NCBI RefSeq assembly: GCF_006345805.1
Contig: NW_021824771.1
Span: forward strand, 1 to 17,814
Direction of reading: 5' to 3'
Source of the DNA: Octopus sinensis
Lineage: Eukaryota
DNA: 17,814 bases
Positions 9,461 through 17,814 of the stretch are shown piece after piece. The translations under genes were made by a program, and so were the position numbers. The notes beneath the pieces were generated by a model. The model ran no database searches. It saw nothing but the letters and a program-made list of their open reading frames with translations, and was not told where the DNA came from. Each line of letters starts with the position of its first letter. Position 1 is the first letter of the stretch.

Positions 9461-12026
9461 AAGTTCCGAGGATTTCCCAACATCCGGGAAATTTGGTCGA
9501 AAACTTCCTTGGATGTTCTGAGGAATTCCCGACTGCCGGGAAGTTTGGTCGAAAAATTCATGGGAAGTTCCGAGGATTTCCCAACATCCGGGAAGTTTGG
9601 TCGAAAACTTCCTAGGAAGTTTCGAGGATGTCCCAACATCCGGGAAGCTTGGTCGAAAATTTCCTTGGATGTTCTGAGGAATTCCCGACTGCCGGGAGTT
9701 TCGTCGAAAAGTTCATGGAATGTTCAGAGGATTTCCCAACTGCTGGAAAGTTTGGCCGACAAGTTCATGGGAAGTTCTGAGGACTCCCAACTTCCGGGAA
9801 GTTTGGTCAAAAAATCCATGGGATGTTCTGAGGAATCCCTGACTGCCGGGAAGTTTCGTCGAAAATTTCTTTGGAATTTCCTAGGAATTGCCAACTACTG
9901 GGAAGTTTGGTCGAAAAGTTCATTGGAAGTTCCGAGGATCTACCAATTTCCAGGGAGTTTGGTCGAAAAGTTCATGGGGATTTCCTAGAAATTCCAAACT
10001 ACTGGGACGTTTGGTGGAAAACTTCATGATCAAAATTTCATGGAATTTCCGAGGATTCCCCAACATCCGGGAAGTTTGGTCGAAAAATTCCCAGTAGTTG
10101 GCAATTCCTAGGAAATTCCCATGAACTTTTTGACCAAACTTCCCAGCAGTTGGGAAATACTCTGAACTTCGAAGGAAATTTTCGACGAAACTTCCCGGTA
10201 GTCAGAAATTCCTCATAACATCCCAGGAATTTTTCGCCCAAACTTCCCGGATGTAAGGAAATCCTCGGAACTTCCCATAAACTTTTGGACCAGTAGTTGG
10301 CAATTCCCAAGAAATTCCCATGTACTTTTCGACCAAACACCCTGGATATTGCGAAATCCTCGGAACTTCCCATAAACTTTGCCAACACCCGGGAAGTTTG
10401 GTTGAAAACTTCCTAGGAAGTTTCGTCTAAAATTTTCTTGGATGTTCAGAGGGTTTCCCAACTGCTGGGAAGTTTGGACGAAAAGTTCATGGGAAGTTCC
10501 GAGGATTTCCAACCAAACATCCCAGTAGTTGGGAAATCCTTGGAACTTCCCATGAACTTTTCTACCAAACTGCCGGAAGTTGGGAAATCCTCGGAACTTC
10601 CCATGAACTTTTCGACCAAACTTCCCAGGAGTTGGGAAATCATCTGAACATCCAATAAAATGTTCGACGAAACTTCCTATGAAGTTTTCGACCAAACTTC
10701 CCGGATGCGGGAAATCATCGGAACTTCCCATGGACTTTTCGACCAAACGTCCCAGCAGTTGGGAAATCTTCTGAATTCCAATGAACTTTTCAACGAAACT
10801 TCCCGGCAGTCGGGAATTCATCGGAACATCCGGGAAGTTTGGTCGAAAAATTCCTGGGAAGTTCCGAGGATTCCCCCAATATCCAGGAAGCTTGGTCGAA
10901 AAGTTCATGGGAAGTTCCGAGGATTTCCCAGCTTCCGGGATGTTTGGTTGAAAAGTTCATAGGAAGTTCTGAGAATTTCCCAACATCCGGGATGTTTGGT
11001 CCAAAAATTTCCTGGCAAGTTGCTAGGTCTTCCCAACTACTGGGAAGTTTGGTCGAAAACTTCATGGGAAGTTCCTATGATTTCCCAACATCCGGGAAGT
11101 TTGTTTGAAATCTTCCTGGGAAGTTTCGAGGATTTCCTAACATCCGGGAAGTTTGGTCGAAATATTCCTGAGATGTTCTGAGGAATTCCCGACTTCCGGG
11201 AAGTTTCATCGAAAAGTTCCTTGGAAGTTCAGAAGATTTCCCAACTGCTGGGATATTTGATCGAAAACTTCATGGGAAGTTTGATCGAAAAGTTCATGGG
11301 AAGTTCCTAGGATTTCCCAACTCCTGGGAAGTTTGGTCGAAAACTTCATGGGAAGTTCCAAGGGTTTACGAACACGCCGGTAATTTGGTCGAAATCTTCC
11401 TGGGAATCTCCGATGATTTCCCAACATCCGGAAGTTTGGTCGAAAACTTCCTGGGAATCTCCGAGGATTTAGCAACATCCGGGAAGTTTGGTCGGAAACT
11501 TCCTGGGAATCTCCGAGGATTTCCCAACTTCTACGAAGTTTGGTCGAAAACTTCCATGTAAGTTTCGAGGATTTCCTTCCGGGAAGTTTGGTCGTACACT
11601 TCCTGGGAAGTTCCGATGATTTTCTAACTTCCGGGAATCTTGGTAGAAAACTTCCTGAGTAGTTCCGAGGATTTTCTTACTTCCTGGAAGTTTGGTCGAA
11701 AACTTCCTGGGAAGTTCCGAGGATTTTCAAACTTCCTGGAAGTTTCGTTGAAAACTTCCTGGAAGTTTCGATGATTTTCTAACTTCCGAGAAGTTTCGTC
11801 AAAAACTTTCTGGGATGTTCCGAGGATTTACCAAATCCCAGGAAGTTTGGTCGAAAAGTTCATTTGAAGTTCGGGGATTTTCTAACCTCCAGGACGTTTC
11901 CTCGATAACTTTCTGGGAATTTACGAGGATTTTCTAACTTCCGGGAAGTTTGATCGCCAACTTCCTAGAAATTCCGAGGATTTTTTAACCTCCTGGATGT
12001 TTCGTTGAAAACTTCCTGGAAAGTTT
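9461..12026. repeat. 52-bp satellite/minisatellite array (~49 units) with internal orientation switches
   Basis: Approximate consensus CCGGGAAGTTTGGTCGAAAACTTCCTGGGAAGTTCCGAGGATTTCCCAACAT. Period measured from GAAGTTTGG at 11431, 11483 and 11535. Reverse-oriented blocks at ~10092-10380 and ~10513-10825. Confidence 0.95.
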
Positions 12027-12171
12027 AGTGTTGAAATATGCAGATGATACCAAGCTGTACCTTGAATTAAAAAGAACATATACGATCCTGCAATAATATC
12101 TGGATACACTGCAGCAGTGAACCTCTAGCTGGCATCTCAAGCTATCTGTAGACAAGTCTTTCACCATACAT
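12025..12171 (+). mobile_element. Decayed non-LTR retrotransposon RT fragment (CR1/L2-like), not in the ORF track
   Basis: Frame from 12025 reads LVLKYADDTKLYLELKRTYTILQ*YLDTLQQ*TSSWHLKLSVDKSFTIH. YADD is at 12037-12048, followed by the LQxDLDxLxxW..W.L..KC pattern, with two in-frame stops. Confidence 0.85.
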
Positions 12172-12559
12172 TAAGTGTGGAAAATCCAGCTTTTACTTAA
12201 TCCCTCAGCAACACCAATCTCAAGAAGTCTTCTGGTGGACATGTTCTGCCTAGTACTCATTTCAGATCCCCAATTTATCTTTTCACTTTTCATTCTTTTC
12301 TTTCCTTCTAACTTCCTTCCCTCTACCCCATCTCTCTATCCTTCTCCTGGGCCTTCTTATTGTACCTTTGGAACACAAGCACCACTATTTTTTTCCTTTT
12401 CGTTTTTGTTAGCTTTTGTCATGTAGTGTCCCACATTTTGAAATACTTGCAATTTGTATTTTTATTTCTTATTTTAGCTCTGCTTGATACATTTCCAAAA
12501 TTAAACATTTTAATATGCAAAATATACTTCACATATATGCTATGCATTAATGCAAAAAA

Positions 12560-13027
12560 ATTGTGTTTATTGGATATCTTCAAAATGATCACACCATCAA
12601 TGGAAAATTTCAATGCCAACTTCCTAAGGCAGTTATGAAAGTCAATGAAGACCAAACACCCAGAACAACTGATGTTTCATTAGGACAATGCTTCAGCACA
12701 CAAGTCCTTGGTTTCAATGGCTGCTGTACGTAAGTGGCTGATCATGCTCCCTATGTTAGTGATTTGGTTCCTTCTGGTTAGCATATGTTTCTCAGCATAG
12801 AAAAAACTCAGCTGAGCACCAGTATCACTATGATGAGAACATCTTATCTGTTGTTGATGACCATTTTGATCAACAGAAAAGCTTCTTCACCAGTGCGATC
12901 CAAGCACTGCAACTACTAATGGAAGTGTGTGGACAGTAAGAGGAACTATGTTAGAAAATGAACTTCATTTGGTCACATTCCATTGAGAGTGTCTTGCTCA
13001 GATTATGAACATTTCAGCCGACCCTCA
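12560..13027 (+). mobile_element. Mariner-type transposase C-terminal relic plus right TIR end
   Basis: Across frameshifts: IVFIGYLQNDHTING...NANFLRQL*KSMKTKHP...FH*DNASAHKSLVSMAAVR...DHAPYVSDLVPS...KCVDSKRNYV. These are decayed HQDNA, PYSPDLAPSD and KCV..G.Y motifs. Ends ...CAGCCGACCCTCA followed by TA. Confidence 0.85.
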
Positions 13028-13029
13028 TA

Positions 13030-13160
13030 ATAATAAAAATTATTATACTTGCATTTGTTTTAATGTTAACATTGGAAAAATCCACATTTTTCATTAAAAA
13101 AATTAGGACCTGGGTTTGCACCCCCTTAGCAAATTTTGTTGCTGGGCCACTGCTCTAGAG
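13030..13160. mobile_element. Probable single end of a hAT (Charlie-like) element with an adjacent 8-bp target site
   Basis: GCTGGGCCACTG (13141-13152) is the reverse complement of a CAGTGGC-type terminus. It is followed by CTCTAGAG (13153-13160), matching the NTCTAGAN target preference of Charlie hATs. No partner end found. Confidence 0.45.
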
Positions 13161-13184
13161 GCAATTTTTTTGGTATACATACAT

Positions 13185-13202
13185 ACACTCATACGTACAC
13201 AT

Positions 13203-13237
<35 letters not shown>

Positions 13238-13300
13238 CGCACTCATACATATATATATACGTATATATGTGTGTGTGGTGAGTGTGTGTGTGTGTGTGTT
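13185..13300. repeat. (CA)n-(TA)n-(TG)n compound microsatellite
   Basis: Directly visible. Confidence 0.85.
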
Positions 13301-13472
13301 TATACTTAGAAGACAAAGGGGATTAAAAAATCCTGTCAAATATCAATAAAGCACCGAGTATTATTAAAAGAATTTGCTTAACAATATTCAACAATGAGAC
13401 ACCAGTAATGTAAGTAGAAGACACATCCAAGGTAATCCTCGTGCATCACAGGTAGATTCAAATATCCTTTGG

Positions 13473-13474
<2 letters not shown>

Positions 13475-13548
<74 letters not shown>

Positions 13549-13565
13549 ATGTATGTATGTATATA
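13475..13565. repeat. (TA)n plus (TGTA)n microsatellite
   Basis: Directly visible. Confidence 0.9.
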
Positions 13566-13717
13566 CTGCTAATATGGAACACTGAGAATGAGTGCTCAGC
13601 ACCGCATTGGTTGATGAATATTCTTGTTTTGTGGCTTAGGGAAACTACCAATGGTTTCATGTAAAGAGATTCTTTACATTTATTGAAGCGTACCATATGA
13701 AGACATTGGCTCTCGTC

Positions 13718-13749
<32 letters not shown>

Positions 13750-13776
13750 AGTGTGTGTGTATAAGTATATATATAT

Positions 13777-13830
<54 letters not shown>

Positions 13831-13848
13831 GCATGTATGTATGTATAT
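13718..13848. repeat. (TA)n/(TG)n/(CA)n compound microsatellite
   Basis: Directly visible. Confidence 0.85.
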
Positions 13849-13849
13849 A

Positions 13850-14020
13850 GTCAATTCAAGTAACCGGATAAAAACCGAAAAAAAGGAAGAAAAATAACGA
13901 ACGTGAAGACGTGCACAAGAAGCATATTAGCTTCACGCTCGGCAAAAGAAGAGACTTTAACGTTTCGAGCATAGCTCTTCGTCGTAAAGTACAATGGGAA
14001 AAGTCCAAAGAATGGGGAGA
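13850..14020 (-). mobile_element. Probable Penelope-like element terminal remnant
   Basis: Contains a GACGAAGAGC-TAT-GCTCGAAACGTT hammerhead-like motif on the minus strand. Boundaries approximate. Confidence 0.5.
13954..13990 (-). ncRNA. Degenerate minimal type I hammerhead-ribozyme-like motif
   Basis: Minus strand reads ACUUU-ACGACGAA-GAGC-UAU-GCUC-GAA-ACGU-U-AAAGU. Helix I ACUUU/AAAGU; helix II GAGC/GCUC; loop-less palindromic helix III ACGU; GUU triplet. Core positions C3 and U4 are substituted. Confidence 0.5.
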
Positions 14021-14856
14021 ACCACGTTTAGTTACATTGCTGATCAGAGTTGAACTTGATTGGCAACTAATTAAACCTGAAACCGTAATAAAAAAATGGA
14101 ATGTTACATCGTAAAAGAACCATTTTAGTCAAACAAAATATGCTCTATTCACCTTCGATTATTTTTCACTTGTACTGTATATTAGAACCAGTGAAAAAGT
14201 TTCATCGCCTCTCTGTGGTCTTGTCACCGCCATTATTTCCTCTCTGCTGTTCTTCCCCGTACCATTCATCAATTAAACTTGATATTAGAAGCACCAAGCA
14301 CGCCACACCGTGGTCGCTTTATCTGCTCTGAAATGGCAGCCATTTCTCTCTCAAATTATGTCGCACCGTCTTTACGAGAAAAAAAAACGAAGAAAAAAGG
14401 AGAAACAATTTGAATACACGTTGAATTTTACTTTTAAAAGCATGGAGATGTAGTTCTGTATATGTTGTTTGGATCGAGAAAAATTAAATGATCATGATGT
14501 CGAATAATTTGATAACAGGTCTGGTCGATGGAATTTGGCCTAGGGTTAAACAACACCTAGAAAATGCTCTTTAGTTATTGTATTTAACGCGCAATTTTAA
14601 CTAATGATTTCGCAACGACTGAGATAGTATCAGGAAATAATAGAAATAAAATAGTGTATAATTAAACGAATTACAATCATTAAAACTACTGTAATGTTTG
14701 AGGGGGGGGAGTAAAAAAACAAAGGTCGGGTGGGGTGGCAAAAAAAGAAAGAAAACCCGCCCAAAAAGAGGAAGAAATAGCCAGTACATTTACAACTGCG
14801 AGATACAAGGGATGGTAAAAAGGAAACGATTAATCAATGATTAATACTACAACTAG

Positions 14857-14922
14857 GATGATGATGATGATGATGATGAGGATGATGATGATGATGATGA
14901 TGATGACGACGACGACGGCGAA

Positions 14923-14954
<32 letters not shown>

Positions 14955-15165
14955 CGATGATGATGATGATGATGGTGATGGGGATGATGATGATGATGAC
15001 GACGACGACGACGGCGATGATGATGACGACGGCGATGATGATGACGACGACGATGATGATGATGATGATGATAGGGATGATGATGGTGATGATGATGATG
15101 ATGACGACGACGACGACGGCGAAGACGACGACGATGATGACGACGACGATGATGACGACGACGAC

Positions 15166-15213
<48 letters not shown>
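14857..15213 (+). repeat. Compound (GAT/GAC)n trinucleotide array with ~201-bp higher-order repetition
   Basis: Directly visible; marker GACGGCGAAGAC at 14914 and 15115. Confidence 0.95.
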
Positions 15214-15215
<2 letters not shown>

Positions 15216-15389
15216 GAATGGAAGAATAAGAAGATGGCAGAGGAACGAGTGGAGAAAGAAGTTGGGGAACGTATATCAAGAAGAAAAAAAAAGGATCAGA
15301 TTGAAAGACGGTTAGAATCGTAGTCGCAGAATCAGGGGACAACGATTATAATTGGATAGAAAAAGAAACGCAAAGGAATACGCGCAAGG

Positions 15390-15882
15390 GAACGAGAGAG
15401 AGAGAGAGAGAGAGTGTGTGTGTATGTGTGTGTGTCTGCGCGTGCGCATGTGTTAGTGTTTCTACAAAGAGGAAGAGAGACAGAGAGAGAGAGAGAGACA
15501 CACACACACACACACAACACATACACACAAAGAGAGGAGGAGAGACAGAAAGTGCAGGGATGGATGTATACATATACACACATATATATATGTGTTTGTG
15601 TTTGTATGTGTGTGTGTGTACATATGTACATATTTATATATCTATCTATTTATATATATATATATGTACCTGTATATATATATGTATATATGTAATATAT
15701 ATATATATATATATATGTTATATATATATGTGTATGCATATATATATATAATATATATATATATCATATACATATATATATATATATATAATAATATATG
15801 TTATGTATATATATATAATAAATAGATATATAAATGAATATATATATAATATATATGAATAGATATATAAATGAATATATAT

Positions 15883-15920
<38 letters not shown>

Positions 15921-16090
15921 TTATGTATATATATATGTGTGTGTGTATGTGTGTGTGCTAGCACGCGTGTGTGTATATAAGAAAGAGGGAGAGTGGAAGG
16001 ACAAATTAAAGACAGACATGCAGAAAGAGAAGAGACTTAAAAAAGTGATTGAGAAAAGGAGAGAGAAAAGAGAGAGAGAGAGCGGGTGGG
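15390..16090. repeat. Compound (GA)n/(TG)n/(CA)n/(TA)n microsatellite field
   Basis: Directly visible. Confidence 0.88.
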
Positions 16091-16379
16091 GTGGTGGAAA
16101 CAAGGAAAGAAAGAAGGAAAGGAATCATAAAAAGAGAAGAAAGAACAAAAGAAAGAAGGAGAAAAATAAGTTAAGAGTCACGACCTAATTTATTGCGATT
16201 CAAATTAATTGAATTCCAATCACCTCAAGACTGTATCTCTTCTCTTTAATGCCTCAAATGGTTTGTTGTGGATTCGTGGATGTTTGCTGCTGTTGTTGTT
16301 GTTGTTGTTGTTGCTATTGTCATTCTTGTTATCCTTGCTCTCTTTTTACTTCTTCAATTCAAATCAGTTTATAGTAATT

Positions 16380-16725
16380 ATACATACATACATACAAACA
16401 CATAAAAACATACATACATGTATACATACATACATACGTACGTACATACATACATACATACGTACATACGTACATACATACGTAGGTACATACATACATA
16501 CATACATACATACATACGTACATACGTACATACATACATACATACATACATAGATACATACATACGTACATACATACGTACATACGTACATACGTACATA
16601 CGTACATACATATATAGACATTCATACACAAGACACACACACACACTACACACATATATTTGCATGTATGTATGTATGTAGGTATGTATGTATGTATATA
16701 TGTATGTATGTATGTATGTATGTGT
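16380..16725. repeat. (TACA/TACG)n tetranucleotide array followed by an inverted (TGTA)n array
   Basis: TACA/CGTA units at 16380-16612; TGTA units at ~16665-16725. Confidence 0.92.
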
Positions 16726-16762
16726 AAGTATATATATATATAAATATATCCAAATATATACA

Positions 16763-16960
16763 TACTAGCAGAGATACCCGGTGTTGCCCGTGTTACATAC
16801 AATTGAAGAATTAGACTTTTCTGTTATATTTTCTGTAATGAACTGGAATATCTATGTTTCGAATTTCATCAAAATTGCAGATGAGGGTTATTTCCCTCCT
16901 TACAGACCCCCCAAAATTTAATCATGCCACATATATCCCATATTACTGATTTTTATGCGC
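16763..16960 (+). mobile_element. Probable Helitron/Helentron-associated non-autonomous element end (HINE/DINE-1-like)
   Basis: Begins TACTAGCAGAGATACCCGGTGTTGCCCGTG, resembling the ACTAG...ACCCGGC-NNN-GCCCGGG subterminal hairpin. Also contains AATTTCATCAAAAT, typical of such elements. Right boundary uncertain. Confidence 0.5.
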
Positions 16961-17304
16961 ATATTCCAAAATTCCAGTTTTATTGAACCTGTTAAAAAGA
17001 TTTTGCTCCTGAAAAATGAAGGTCACAGAGATCTAAAATGTGAGAGTTAAGGCTGTTGGGGATGGGCATCTTAATGTCAACCACAGAAGTTGAATTGTTG
17101 AGAATCTTTTTTACTTGGGTCTTATATCTATTGTTTGAATTTCTTTGAAATAGGAAATATATGTTCACTGGGTTTGTAAAAGAGAGCAAAGCTACAAGAA
17201 ACCAAAAGACGAAGGATCACAATAAGCAGTCAGCTACAGTACCCTAGACGTTACCACTCCCAATGTAGGATTCCTCACCATCCAGGTGACAGGCACAGCC
17301 GTAA

Positions 17305-17431
17305 GATGCATTACGAATCTATAGCAATTGGAAAGACGTGACCCAACTGAAATAAACATTAACAACTGTGTGACGTGAGGGCTAAGGAGAAATGAAAGTT
17401 GCAGTTTGCAAATGACCACTATACTGATATG
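17305..17431 (+). mobile_element. Possible highly decayed Helentron/Helitron Rep-domain remnant
   Basis: Across frameshifts DALRI / LERRDPTEININN / LQFANDHYTDM resembles the KR.P.E..IN.YNP...AW.ANMDIQF..D.Y segment of these Rep proteins. Short and gapped. Confidence 0.35.
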
Positions 17432-17814
17432 TAACTGGACAGAATAAATTTACAATCTATAAATGTCTTTGAATAACCAGTCACTCATCTGGGAAGGCCT
17501 TGAAATCAATGTTACCATGTGGGGACTATGTGTGAACAAGTGATAATAAAAAGACTGAAAGGAGGTCTGCAATCAAATAACTTTACTCAACACTTTGCAA
17601 CTGAATCAGTGGAGGCAAAGATGCCTCGTATTTACTTGACAATTTATGCAGCACATTGCAGAAATCATAATGTAAGTGTATGTCAAAGCAAACTCTTACA
17701 CTGTTGTACCATTGAATTACAAACAATGCGCATCTTCTATGCTCGGATGACCCCACAGCTTCCAAGAGTACAACTATTCGTTTTTGCTTAGATAAAATGA
17801 CAAAATTAGGTGTT

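Noticed and set aside
9461-12026. CRISPR array (regularly spaced hairpin repeats)
   Set aside because: The sequence between hairpins is itself repeated, so there are no unique spacers. There are no cas genes, and the context is eukaryotic.
9020-12171. One LINE split and half-inverted by the satellite
   Set aside because: Both fragments contain the same catalytic (F/Y)ADD region with different sequences, so they are not complementary halves of one element.
14310-14555. Further degenerate SINE-like remnant (and a possible inverted relative at ~7320-7380)
   Set aside because: The resemblance rests only on my memory of a repeat family; in-window alignment is too weak to support it.
17519-17791. 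90-aa ORF with HCRNH resembling the hAT CxxH motif
   Set aside because: Spacing to the upstream GLQ-like motif does not fit hAT transposases, and no other motifs are present.

Overview
Repeat-dominated, AT-rich eukaryotic DNA with no supportable host protein-coding gene. It is probably intergenic or deep intronic. The tRNA-derived SINE types and the very high microsatellite density suggest a cephalopod (Octopus-like) genome; this is recognition from memory, not a database result. Nearly all listed ORFs are translations of microsatellites or satellite. Supportable content: four tRNA-derived SINE copies of three types; a DD37D (maT-type) Tc1/mariner relic split by a SINE; a second, mariner-type relic; two decayed CR1/L2-like reverse-transcriptase fragments; probable Penelope-like remnants, two of which carry degenerate hammerhead-ribozyme motifs; a 437-bp direct repeat pair; probable hAT and Helitron/Helentron remnants; and many microsatellites. 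The most unusual structure is a ~2.6-kb array of a 52-bp double-hairpin satellite (9461-12026). It changes orientation four times and is abutted on both sides by RT fragments pointing outward. All alignments and folds were done by eye.
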